The notes beneath the pieces are model-generated. The model was not told the DNA's origin, made no database searches, and saw nothing but the letters and a program-made list of their open reading frames with translations. From assembly GCA_016874715.1 (NCBI GenBank), contig VGTK01000010.1, positions 21,418 to 45,417 on the forward strand: 24,000 bases of DNA, read 5' to 3'. Both the position numbers and the translations under genes were made by a program. Positions 7,623 to 17,513 of this stretch are shown one piece after another (positions within the stretch are counted from its first letter, which is position 1; every line of letters begins with the position of its first letter). Source of the DNA: Deltaproteobacteria bacterium (GTDB taxonomy: Bacteria; Desulfobacterota; Binatia; UBA12015).

Positions 7623-9035
7623 TCAGCGCTCGCGGAGGCTGGCTGCGAGGCGCGCCACCACCCCGCCGAAGGCACCGTTCGACAGCGCCACCACCACGTC
7701 ACCCGGCTCGGCCTCACGCTCGACCAGGTCCGCGACCGCCTCGTGCGTGTCGAGCGCGCACGCGGTCGCCGCCGTGCGCCCGGCGTCGCGCGCCGCTTCG
7801 TCGGGCGAGAAGCGCTCCGCCTCCGCGAGCTTGCCCTGCTCGTGCACCGGACCCACGATCACGCGGTCCGCCGCGCCGAGGGCCTCGCCGATCTCGCGCT
7901 GGAACGTGCGCCGTCGGCTCGTGTTCGAGCGCGGGTCGAACATCGCCCACACGCGGCGTCCGGGGTAACGACTCCGCACGGCAGCGATCGTCGCGGCGAT
8001 GGCGGTCGGGTGGTGCGCGAAGTCGTCGATCAGCGTGACCGGCTCCGCAACCAGCACCTGCTGGCGCCGCCGCACGCCGTGGAAGCCGGCGGCGGCGCGC
8101 CGGATCGCGTCTGCCTCGACGCCGAGCGCGCGGCAGATCGCCGTCACGCCGAGCACGTTGCGCGCGTTCATCGTCCCGAGGAGCGGCGTGGCGAGCGCGA
8201 TCTCCTCGCGCGGACCCGCGGCGACGAAGCGCAGCCCGTCCGGCGTGTCCTCGAGCCCGCGCACCGACCAGTCGGCGCCGCGTGCCGGGTCGTCGCTGAA
8301 GGTGAGGAACGGCTTGCCCGCACGCTTCGCGACGTCGACGGCGTGCGGGAAGTCGGCGCAGACGAGCAGCGGTGCGCCGGCGGGCAGCAGGCCGATCAGG
8401 CGCTCGAAGCTCTGCTTGACGTGGTCGAGATCGCGGTAGATGTCGGCGTGGTCGAACTCGACCGCGTTGAGTAGCAGGGCCTGCGGGCAGTAGTGGAAGA
8501 ACTTCGCCTCCTTGTCGAAGTACGCCGAGTCGTACTCGTCGCCCTCGAGCACGAACTCGCGGCCGGCACCGAGCGCGTAGCTCCGTGGCAGGTCGAGCGG
8601 CATGCCGCCGATGAACCAGCCCGGATCGCGGCCCGCCTCGCGCAGGACCGTCGCGCAGAAGGTCGCGGTCGTCGTCTTGCCGTGCGTCCCCGCGACGACG
8701 ACCGGAAGCCGCTCCGGCAGGCACAGCCACTCGAGCGCCTCGGGCAGCGAGATCGTCGGGATGCCCAGAAGACGCGCCGCGATCGCCTCGGGGTTCTTCG
8801 CCGGGATCGCGTTGCCCATCACGACGAGGTCGGGGCGCGGCTCGAGGTTCTCGGCGCGATAGCCCTTCGCGACCGGAACGCCGAGGCGCGCGAGCTCGTC
8901 GCTCGCCGGTGGATAGATCTCGAGGTCCGAGCCGCGCACGCGATGGCCCAGCTCGGCGAGCAGGCCCGCGAGCGCCGCCATGCCGACGCCGCCGATGGCG
9001 GTCATGTGGATCGAGCGCTGTGCCGCGATCTTCAA
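7623..9035 (-). CDS. mpl: UDP-N-acetylmuramate:L-alanyl-gamma-D-glutamyl-meso-diaminopimelate ligase
   Basis: IHMTAIGGVGMAALAGLLAELGHRVRGSDLEIYPPASDEL...VVAGTHGKTTTATFCATVLREAGRDPGWFIGG...EGDEYDSAYFDKEAKFFHYCP...LLNAVEFDHADIY...LIDDFAHHPTAIAATIAAVR...RVWAMFDPRSNTSRR. Mpl-type Mur ligase motifs. TTG start at 9035. Confidence 0.93.
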   Translation of the reverse strand: MKIAAQRSIHMTAIGGVGMAALAGLLAELGHRVRGSDLEIYPPASDELARLGVPVAKGYRAENLEPRPDLVVMGNAIPAKNPEAIAARLLGIPTISLPEALEWLCLPERLPVVVAGTHGKTTTATFCATVLREAGRDPGWFIGGMPLDLPRSYALGAGREFVLEGDEYDSAYFDKEAKFFHYCPQALLLNAVEFDHADIYRDLDHVKQSFERLIGLLPAGAPLLVCADFPHAVDVAKRAGKPFLTFSDDPARGADWSVRGLEDTPDGLRFVAAGPREEIALATPLLGTMNARNVLGVTAICRALGVEADAIRRAAAGFHGVRRRQQVLVAEPVTLIDDFAHHPTAIAATIAAVRSRYPGRRVWAMFDPRSNTSRRRTFQREIGEALGAADRVIVGPVHEQGKLAEAERFSPDEAARDAGRTAATACALDTHEAVADLVEREAEPGDVVVALSNGAFGGVVARLAASLRER

Positions 9036-10213
9036 CGAACGGTCTCCATGACGAGATCGTGGATCCGGGGCCGGAACTCGACGAGCTTGTCGTTGTCGCG
9101 AGTCGGGTGCACGCGGTTGGTGAGCAGGATGACGTCGATGCCGCGCTCGAGGTCGAGCCACAGCGACACCCCGGTGAAGCCGAGGTGCCCGACGGTGTGC
9201 GGCGACATCATCGTCCCGGCCATCGAGCGCTGCGGCGACGGCGAGTCCCAGCCGAGCGTGCGCGTCGATCCCGGAACGCTGGTGTCGCGCGTCCACATCT
9301 GGTCGACGAGATCCTTCGGAAGGATCCCCGGAGCGCCGCCCGCGATCGCCCTGAGGTGGTTCGCGATGGTCTCGACGTCACGGGCGGTGCCGAAGAGCCC
9401 GGCGTGTCCCGCGACGCCGCCCATCGCGTATGCGTTCTCGTCATCGACCTCGCCGCACAGGACGCGCTTGCGCCAGGGGCAGCGCTGCGTCGGCGCGATC
9501 ATGTCGCGGATCGGCTCGACGCGCTTCTGCCGGAGCTGCGAGAGGTCGACGAACGCCGTCGACGACAGCCCCAGCGGCGCGAAGATGCGGGCGTGGCAGA
9601 AGCGGTCGAGCGTCTGCCCCGACACGCCCTCGACGACCTGACCGAGCACCATGAAGCCGAGATCGCTGTAGGCGACGCGCGTACCGGGCGGCGCCTCGAG
9701 CTTCTCGCGATGCACCTGCTCGTAGACCCACTCCTTCGCCTCGCGGCTCGCGACGAAGTTCGGCCGGCCGCGCTTCTCGAGCGCGGCGACCTCCTTGAAG
9801 TACGGTCGGTGCGCGGCGAGCCCCGAGGAGTGCGTCAGCAGGTGGCGGAACGTGACGTGCGTCTTCCCGTGCACGCCGAAGTTGTGGAAGAAGCGCGTCA
9901 CGCGGTCGTCGAGGGCGAGCCGCTTCGCGCGCACCAGCATCATCACCGCGAGCGTCGTGGCGAGTGGCTTGGTGAGGGACGAGAGATCGAACACGACCTC
10001 GGGCCGCATCGGCATGCGCTCGGCCTCGCTCGACGTCGGTGTCGGGTCCGCGGACCTCGCGGGAGGAGCCGGCGGCCGCGCTTCGTTCGACCGGCTGCCC
10101 ACCGCGCGCTCGAGCAGCGTCTCGCCGTTGCGGCTCACGAGAAGGACGGCACCGGGAAAGACGCCGCGCTGCGCGGCTTCCTCGAGCGCGCGCTCGACTG
10201 CCGAGAAGTCCAT
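9032..10213 (-). CDS. Beta-lactamase-family (class C / S12) serine hydrolase
   Basis: FDLSSLTKPLATTLAVMML (SxxK), HLLTHSSGLAAHRPYF, VAYSDLGFMVLGQVVE, GGVAGHAGLFGTARDV, GHLGFTGVSLWLD. Confidence 0.88.
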   Translation of the reverse strand: MDFSAVERALEEAAQRGVFPGAVLLVSRNGETLLERAVGSRSNEARPPAPPARSADPTPTSSEAERMPMRPEVVFDLSSLTKPLATTLAVMMLVRAKRLALDDRVTRFFHNFGVHGKTHVTFRHLLTHSSGLAAHRPYFKEVAALEKRGRPNFVASREAKEWVYEQVHREKLEAPPGTRVAYSDLGFMVLGQVVEGVSGQTLDRFCHARIFAPLGLSSTAFVDLSQLRQKRVEPIRDMIAPTQRCPWRKRVLCGEVDDENAYAMGGVAGHAGLFGTARDVETIANHLRAIAGGAPGILPKDLVDQMWTRDTSVPGSTRTLGWDSPSPQRSMAGTMMSPHTVGHLGFTGVSLWLDLERGIDVILLTNRVHPTRDNDKLVEFRPRIHDLVMETVR

Positions 10214-10214
10214 C

Positions 10215-11150
10215 TCAGGCCACCAGCGGCTCGAGGCCTTGCAGCACGCCCCCTTCGACGCCGGCGGAGCCACCGGCTTCGATGCGCAGACGCGCCGCGA
10301 CACCGAGCGGCACCGCGTAGTGCACCGGTCCGTGGCCGACCGGGGCGCCGAAGCCGATCGGCACGCCGAGCCCGCCGAGGCAGTCGGCGATCGCGTCGCA
10401 GAGATCGTCGGCCGGGCCGCAGTCGGGCAGCGAGCCGAAGAGGATGCCGCGCACGTCGTCGAGCACCCGCGACTGCCGGAGCTGCACCAGCATGCGGTCG
10501 ATCCGCCGCAGCGGCCTCTCGGCGACGTCCTCGAGCAGCGCGATGCCGCCGGCGAAGCGCGGCTCGAGCGGCGTACCGGCGAGCGACGCGAGCACCGTGA
10601 GACAGCCGCCGTAGACCGGCCCCTCGGCCGTGCCGGCGACGATCGTGCGCGGGACGGGTACGCGCCACGCCGCCGAGCCGCCGAGAATCTCGAGGAGATG
10701 GTCGACCGTTCCGGCATCGCGCTGGGCGACGAGGTCCATCGCGACCATGGGGCCGTGCAGGGCCGCGACCCGCGCGTGCTGCACCATCAGCTGCAGAAGC
10801 GCCGTCGCGTCGCTGAAGCCGATGCACAGCTTCGCGTGCCGGCGGAGCCACGCCGGCTCGATCTCCGGCAGGAAGCGCGCAATGCCGTAGCCGCCGCGGG
10901 CGCACCAGACGGCCCGCACCTCCGGATCGGCGAACGCAGCGAGGAGCTGTGCGCGGCGCTGGTCGTCGCGCGCCGCGAAGATGCGCCACGACGCGGCAGG
11001 CTCGGGCAGGGACACGCGGAAGCCCAGCTCTTCGAGCAGCGCCGCGCCACGGGCGAGGCGGTCGGCATCGACGGGCCCCGACGGTGTGACGACGGCCACC
11101 CGGTCGCCCGGGCGCAACGCCGCCGGCCTGATCAGCCTCGCTGCATCCAT
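10215..11150 (-). CDS. ldcA: LD-carboxypeptidase (S66 family, muramoyltetrapeptide carboxypeptidase)
   Basis: RPAALRPGDRVAVVTPSGPVDADRLARGAALLEELGF...VRAVWCARGGYGIARFLPEI...KLCIGFSDATALLQLMVQHARVAALHGPMVA...GILFGSLPDCG...IGFGAPVGHGPVHYAVPLGVAARL. Confidence 0.9.
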   Translation of the reverse strand: MDAARLIRPAALRPGDRVAVVTPSGPVDADRLARGAALLEELGFRVSLPEPAASWRIFAARDDQRRAQLLAAFADPEVRAVWCARGGYGIARFLPEIEPAWLRRHAKLCIGFSDATALLQLMVQHARVAALHGPMVAMDLVAQRDAGTVDHLLEILGGSAAWRVPVPRTIVAGTAEGPVYGGCLTVLASLAGTPLEPRFAGGIALLEDVAERPLRRIDRMLVQLRQSRVLDDVRGILFGSLPDCGPADDLCDAIADCLGGLGVPIGFGAPVGHGPVHYAVPLGVAARLRIEAGGSAGVEGGVLQGLEPLVA

Positions 11151-11326
11151 GCCCCGTCTACCCCACCGCTCGAAGGTCGCGCTGCAGCGCTAGACAACAC
11201 ACCGACGTTGCGTAGTCGAGGCCGCCGGCCCGAGCGGTTGAAATGCCGCCGCTGCGTGGTAGTCCGAGCGCGGGCGTCGTGCGTCGCGATCGGTGACCGC
11301 CCGCGTCCCGCCCCGTTTCCGTGCGG

Positions 11327-11608
11327 ATGTCATCACAGCAGCTGTCGAGCCTCGGGCGAACGATCGTCGACGCGCTCGTGCGTGCAGACCTGGTCACCCT
11401 CGCGGGACCGGCCGACACCGCGGCAAAGGCGATCGCGGACGAGGTCGACGCCTACCAGAAGGCGGCGGCGAAGCTCGGGGCCGACGCCGAGCGCCTGGCC
11501 GACGACCACCTGCGCCAGCTGCGCGCCGGCAGCGCCGGCATCGACCGCCACCGGGTCGTCCAGATGATCCGTACCAAGCTCGCTGAGGAGCGGGGCCTCC
11601 CCGTCTGA
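11327..11608 (+). CDS. DUF507-like protein (first, diverged copy)
   Basis: MSSQQLSSLGRTIVDALVRADLVTLAGPADTAAKAIADEVDAYQKAAAKLGADAERLADDHLRQLR...; overall layout resembles the N-terminal DUF507 region; immediately precedes a clearer DUF507 gene. Upstream alternative start GTG 11321. Confidence 0.6.
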   Translation: MSSQQLSSLGRTIVDALVRADLVTLAGPADTAAKAIADEVDAYQKAAAKLGADAERLADDHLRQLRAGSAGIDRHRVVQMIRTKLAEERGLPV

Positions 11609-11610
11609 CC

Positions 11611-11880
11611 ATGCGCCTCAGCGAGTCCCTTTCGTCCTACCTCGCCCACCGGGCGATCGAAGCGCTCCGCAAGTCGGGAGCTGCGATCCGCAACGACCGC
11701 CTGGCCCTGGCCGAAGTCAAGAAGGCCCTGGCCCGGGCGCTCGACCGCGACCCGCGAATCGACGAGGCCGTCGCACGGCGCATCGCGTCGTTGAGTCGAC
11801 CGGTCCCCGTCGGCAGCGCGGAGTACGAGGTCCTTCACCGCCAGTACTACGAGCAGGAGATCGCCAAGAACCGTCGTTGA
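11611..11880 (+). CDS. DUF507 family protein
   Basis: MRLSESLSSYLAHRAIEALRKSGAAIRNDRLALAEVKKALARALDRDPRIDEAVARRIASLSRPVPVGSAEYEVLHRQYYEQEIAKNRR; C-terminal I.SL.RxVPxGSxExxVLxRxYYExE typical of DUF507. Confidence 0.8.
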   Translation: MRLSESLSSYLAHRAIEALRKSGAAIRNDRLALAEVKKALARALDRDPRIDEAVARRIASLSRPVPVGSAEYEVLHRQYYEQEIAKNRR

Positions 11881-12033
11881 AGAAGCGCCGGTCGGTCTCT
11901 TGACACTGATTCGGTCGTGGTTACTTCCGCTGCCGTCTTGGTAGGGTCCGCGCGACCCGCCCGGGGCGAGCCTCGACCACTACCGAGCAAGATCTGATTC
12001 CTCGCGAATCACGTTGAAAGGAGAGGGAACTAG

Positions 12034-12321
12034 ATGAAGATCCGACCGTTGCAGGACCGCGTCATCGTCAAGCGGGTCGCGGAGGAGGAGAAGTCGAAGG
12101 GCGGCATCATCATCCCCGACACGGCGAAGGAAAAGCCGCAAGAGGGGAAGGTCATCGCAGCCGGCAAGGGCAAGGTCGGGGACGACGGCAAGATTCGCCC
12201 GCTCGACGTCAAGGCCGGCGACCGCATCCTCTTCGGCAAGTACTCCGGAACCGAGATCAAGATCGACGGCGAGGAGCACCTGATCCTGCGCGAGGACGAC
12301 ATCCTCGGCGTCCTCGAGTGA
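12034..12321 (+). CDS. groES: Co-chaperonin GroES
   Basis: [46 protein letters not shown]...[34 protein letters not shown]; SD AAGGAGAGG. Confidence 0.99.
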   Translation: MKIRPLQDRVIVKRVAEEEKSKGGIIIPDTAKEKPQEGKVIAAGKGKVGDDGKIRPLDVKAGDRILFGKYSGTEIKIDGEEHLILREDDILGVLE

Positions 12322-12368
12322 CGTCGGACCGATACCGTCTCCCGACAGCGCGTCATCAGATTAAATAG

Positions 12369-14045
<1,677 letters not shown>

Positions 14046-14069
14046 GCCGTCCCGCCCCGACGGGCTGGA

Positions 14070-14099
14070 GAGGGCGTGGGGAAACCCACGCCCTCTTTC
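14070..14099 (+). terminator. Rho-independent terminator after groEL
   Basis: GAGGGCGTGGG-GAAA-CCCACGCCCTC followed by TTTCC: perfect 11-bp stem with GAAA tetraloop and a short T-run. Confidence 0.88.
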
Positions 14100-14134
14100 C
14101 GTTTGCAGATCCGGCGCGTTCGCAGGTCCGGCGA

Positions 14135-14163
14135 TTGACTTCCGATCGGGTGCTTACTAGGGT
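14135..14163 (+). promoter_or_regulatory. Candidate sigma70-like promoter of ffh (TTGACT - 17 nt - TAGGGT)
   Basis: TTGACT at 14135-14140, TAGGGT at 14158-14163, located between the groEL terminator and ffh. Confidence 0.5.
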
Positions 14164-14232
14164 CAGGCCACCCCGCAATCCTGATCCCACGGTACTTTTC
14201 CGCGACCTGCCCGGGCTCCTCGCGGTCATTCC

Positions 14233-15579
14233 ATGTTCGACTCACTATCCGACAAGCTCGAAGGCGTCTTCCGGCGGATCCGTGGAACCGGGAAGCTGAC
14301 CGAGGCCAACATCGAGGAGGCGATGCGCGACGTGCGCCTGGCGCTGCTCGAGGCCGATGTCCACTTCCAGGTCACCAAGTCCTTCATCGAGAAGGTTCGC
14401 GAGCGCGCGCTCGGACAGGAGGTCCTGCGCAGCCTCTCGCCCGAGCAGCACCTCATCAAGATCGTCCACCAGGAGCTCGTGGGCGTCATGGGCGGCGCGG
14501 CCGGCAAGCTCGACCTCTCGGGCGACGTGCCGGCGGTGGTCATGCTCGTCGGGCTCCAGGGCTCCGGCAAGACGACCACGGCGGCGAAGCTCGCGAAGCA
14601 CCTGATCGAGGCGCGAAAGCGCAGGCCGTACCTGGTCCCGCTCGACCTCTCCCGTCCGGCCGCGATCCAGCAGCTGAAGACGCTGGCGAGCCAGGTCGGA
14701 AGCGGCTGCGCCGTGCACGATACGCCCGAGCAGGGCGGCGACCCGGTGCGGATCGCGCGCGACGCGATCACGAAGGCGCGCAACGCGGGCTTCGAGACCG
14801 TGATCCTCGACACCGCCGGCCGGCTCGCGATCGACGAGCGTCTGATGGGCGAGCTGCGCGCCGTCCGCGACGCAGTCAAGCCGCGCCAGACGATCTTCGT
14901 CGCCGACGCGATGACCGGTCAGGACGCGGTCGCGGTCGCGTCCGGGTTCCGCGACGGCGTCGGCATCGATGGCGTCGTGCTGTCCAAGATGGAGGGCGAC
15001 GCCCGCGGCGGCGCTGCCCTGTCGATCTTTGCCACGGTGCAGAAGCCGCTGCTCTTCGTGGGTGTCGGCGAGAAGCTCGACGCGCTCGAGATCTTCCACC
15101 CGGACCGGGTCGCTTCGCGAATCCTCGGCATGGGCGACATGCTGTCGCTCATCGAGAAGGCCCAGTCGGCCTACGACCAGAAGCAGGCCGAGCAGCTCCA
15201 GGCGAAGCTCAAGAAGGATACGTTCACACTCGAGGACTTCCGCGACCAGCTGCGCACGGTCAAGAAGATGGGGTCGGTCGCCGACCTGATCGGCATGATC
15301 CCGGGCATGAAGCGCTTCGCCGGCGGCAACGAGCTGGCGGGCGCCGACGACGAGCTCAAGCGCATCGAGGCGATCATCAACTCGATGACCAGGCAGGAGC
15401 GCCGCGATCACCTGATCCTCAACGGCAGCCGCCGCAAGCGCATCGCCATCGGCAGCGGGACCAGCGTCGCCGAGGTGAACAAGTTCCTCAAGCAGTACCA
15501 GCAGGCGAAGAAGATGATGAAGTCCTTGAGTCGGGGCGCCGGCAAGGGGCTTCTTGCCCAGCTGCAGGGCGGGCGTTAA
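14233..15579 (+). CDS. ffh: Signal recognition particle protein Ffh (SRP54)
   Basis: MFDSLSDKLEGVFRRIRGTGKLTEANIEEAMRDVRLALLEADV...VMLVGLQGSGKTTTAAKLAKHL...VILDTAGRLAIDERLM...DAMTGQDAV...GVVLSKMEGDARGGAALS...; C-terminal M domain with GMIPGM and NGSRRKRIAIGSGT. Confidence 0.98.
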   Translation: MFDSLSDKLEGVFRRIRGTGKLTEANIEEAMRDVRLALLEADVHFQVTKSFIEKVRERALGQEVLRSLSPEQHLIKIVHQELVGVMGGAAGKLDLSGDVPAVVMLVGLQGSGKTTTAAKLAKHLIEARKRRPYLVPLDLSRPAAIQQLKTLASQVGSGCAVHDTPEQGGDPVRIARDAITKARNAGFETVILDTAGRLAIDERLMGELRAVRDAVKPRQTIFVADAMTGQDAVAVASGFRDGVGIDGVVLSKMEGDARGGAALSIFATVQKPLLFVGVGEKLDALEIFHPDRVASRILGMGDMLSLIEKAQSAYDQKQAEQLQAKLKKDTFTLEDFRDQLRTVKKMGSVADLIGMIPGMKRFAGGNELAGADDELKRIEAIINSMTRQERRDHLILNGSRRKRIAIGSGTSVAEVNKFLKQYQQAKKMMKSLSRGAGKGLLAQLQGGR

Positions 15580-15591
15580 CAACAGCGGTTG

Positions 15592-15655
15592 CGGGCCGGA
15601 GGCCCGGGTCCTCCTGGTACCCGCTGCGGTGCCGGGCCCGAGTTCGGGTTCGGGC
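15592..15655 (+). promoter_or_regulatory. Possible structured leader of rpsP operon (overlapping alternative hairpins)
   Basis: A CGGGCC (15592-15597) : B GGCCCG (15601-15606); B GGCCCGG (15601-15607) : C CCGGGCC (15632-15638); C GCCCGA (15636-15641) : D TCGGGC (15650-15655). Confidence 0.3.
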
Positions 15656-15693
15656 GAGCCACGATCGACCTACGAGGACGCAAGGAGAAGCTG

Positions 15694-15969
15694 ATGGCAA
15701 CGAGAATCCGCCTGACCCGGCACGGGAGCAAGAAGCACCCGTTCTATCGCGTGGTTGCGGCCACGACCGAGGCGCCCCGCGATGGCCGCTTCATCGAGCA
15801 GCTGGGGCACTACGACCCGACGCGCGAGCCGGCGATCATCAACCTGAAGCTCGACAAGATCGAGACCTGGGTGCGCCACGGTGCGCTGCCGACCCCGACC
15901 GTCGCCCGCCTCATGAAGAAGGCGGGCTGGAAGGGCCACAGCCCGTCAGCCAAGGCCTCCGAGAGCTGA
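15694..15969 (+). CDS. rpsP: 30S ribosomal protein S16
   Basis: MATRIRLTRHGSKKHPFYRVVAATTEAPRDGRFIEQLGHYDPTREPAIINLKLDKIETWVRHGALPTPTVARLMKKAG. Confidence 0.98.
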   Translation: MATRIRLTRHGSKKHPFYRVVAATTEAPRDGRFIEQLGHYDPTREPAIINLKLDKIETWVRHGALPTPTVARLMKKAGWKGHSPSAKASES

Positions 15970-15971
15970 CC

Positions 15972-16208
15972 ATGAGAGAGCTGGTCGAGATGCTGGCGAA
16001 ACACCTCGTCAACCACCCGGACAAGGTCGAAGTGAAGGAGACGATCGGCGACACGGCCTCCGTCATCGAGCTCCGGGTGGCAGTCGAGGATCTCGGCAGG
16101 ATCATCGGCAAGCAGGGCCGGACGGCCAAGTCGATCCGCGCCCTGGTCAACGCAGCGGCCTCGCGCCTGAACCGCAAGGTCGTCCTCGAGATCATCGAAG
16201 ACAAGTAA
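15972..16208 (+). CDS. khpA: KH-domain RNA-binding protein KhpA
   Basis: MRELVEMLAKHLVNHPDKVEVKETIGDTASVIELRVAVEDLGRIIGKQGRTAKSIRALVNAAASRLNRKVVLEIIED; GRIIGKQG KH loop; conserved position after rpsP. Confidence 0.95.
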   Translation: MRELVEMLAKHLVNHPDKVEVKETIGDTASVIELRVAVEDLGRIIGKQGRTAKSIRALVNAAASRLNRKVVLEIIEDK

Positions 16209-16219
16209 GCGTCACGCAG

Positions 16220-16780
16220 ATTTCCACGACCGCCCCCCCTCCTGGAGCCGCCTCCAGCCTCCCCGTCGGGAAGCTCGTAGCCGGTCACGGCGTGCGCGGC
16301 CTGGCGCGGGTGAAGCCGTTCAACCCGGCCTCGCCCACGCTGACGACCTGCAAGCAGGTCTGGCTCGTCCACGAGCGCTCGGGCAGGCGTACGTCGTTCC
16401 GCATCCGCGAGAACCGGCGCCACAAGGGGCACTTCCTGCTCGGGTTCGAAGGCATCGACTCGCTGACCGCCCTCGAGCCCTGGATCGGCAGCTTCGTCGA
16501 GGCGGACACCGATCTGGTCCCCACCGCGGGAGCAGGCGAGGTCTACCACTTCGAGGTCGTCGGCCTCGAGGTCCGGACCGTCGCGGGCGAGAACCTGGGG
16601 ACCGTGACCGAGGTCATGGCGCTGCCCGCCCAGGACGTCTGGGTGATCCACAGCCGGGGCCACGCGGACGGAAAGCCGCGCGAGATCCTGCTGCCCGCGG
16701 TCGAACCGGTGGTGTGCGAGATCGATCTCGCCGCCCGGGTCGCGATCGTCGACCCACCGCCAGGACTCATCGACCCCTGA
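16220..16780 (+). CDS. rimM: Ribosome maturation factor RimM (start uncertain; possible ATT start)
   Basis: LPVGKLVAGHGVRGLARVKPFNPAS...YHFEVVGLEVRTVAGENLGTVTEVMALPAQDVWVIHS...EILLPAVEPVVCEIDLAARVAIVDPPPGLID. The conserved VGKLVAGHG lies upstream of the first canonical in-frame start (GTG 16292). Confidence 0.85.
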   Translation: MSTTAPPPGAASSLPVGKLVAGHGVRGLARVKPFNPASPTLTTCKQVWLVHERSGRRTSFRIRENRRHKGHFLLGFEGIDSLTALEPWIGSFVEADTDLVPTAGAGEVYHFEVVGLEVRTVAGENLGTVTEVMALPAQDVWVIHSRGHADGKPREILLPAVEPVVCEIDLAARVAIVDPPPGLIDP

Positions 16781-16790
16781 CGCCCGGGCC

Positions 16791-17513
16791 ATGCGCATCG
16801 AAGTCCTGACGATCTTCCCCGAGTACTTCTCCGGGGTCCTGTCGACGAGCCTGCTCGGCAAGGCGGTCGCTCGTGGCACGCTCGAGGTGCACCTCCACCA
16901 GCTGCGGGACTGGACCACCGACAAGCACCGGACCGTCGACGACACACCGTACGGCGGTGGGCACGGCATGGTCATGAAGATCGAGCCGCTGGCCCTGGCA
17001 CTCGAGGCGATCAGCCCGCCTGGCGCTCACCGCGTGCTGTTCAGCGCGCGCGGGCACCGCTTCACGCAGGGGGTCGCGCACCGGCTCGCCGGGCTGCCCT
17101 CGCTGGTCCTGGTCTGCGGCCGGTACGAGGGTGTCGACGAGCGGATCGGCTCGTTCATCGACGAGCAGCTCTGCATCGGCGACTACGTGCTGTCCGGCGG
17201 CGAAGCCGCCGCGGCAGTCGTCATCGAAGCGGTCTCGCGCCTGATCCCGGGGGTGATCGGCAACGAGGGCTCGTTGCACGAGGAGTCCTTCGCCGCGGGG
17301 CTGCTCGAGTACCCGCAGTACACGCGCCCGGAGGTGTTCCGCGAGCTGCGCGTGCCCGACGTCCTGCTGTCGGGGAACCACGCCGAGATCGCACGCTGGC
17401 GGCGGGCGCAGGCCGAGGCCGCGACGACCGAGCGCCGGCCCGACATGCGGACCGGCACCGGCGCGCCTGCAGACTCGGCTCCGGCGCCGGCAAAGCCGAA
17501 GAAACACGAGTGA
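16791..17513 (+). CDS. trmD: tRNA (guanine37-N1)-methyltransferase TrmD
   Basis: [67 protein letters not shown]...[53 protein letters not shown]. Confidence 0.98.
   Translation: MRIEVLTIFPEYFSGVLSTSLLGKAVARGTLEVHLHQLRDWTTDKHRTVDDTPYGGGHGMVMKIEPLALALEAISPPGAHRVLFSARGHRFTQGVAHRLAGLPSLVLVCGRYEGVDERIGSFIDEQLCIGDYVLSGGEAAAAVVIEAVSRLIPGVIGNEGSLHEESFAAGLLEYPQYTRPEVFRELRVPDVLLSGNHAEIARWRRAQAEAATTERRPDMRTGTGAPADSAPAPAKPKKHE

Noticed and set aside
5067-8038. Large plus-strand ORFs (5067..6422, 5572..7125, 6908..8038, etc.)
   Set aside because: Arg/Pro/Ala-rich shadow translations opposite yggT, proC, maf-yggS and mpl; no domain signal.
14245-15582. 445-aa minus-strand ORF antisense to ffh
   Set aside because: Shadow ORF created by GC-rich codon bias over a conserved ffh gene.
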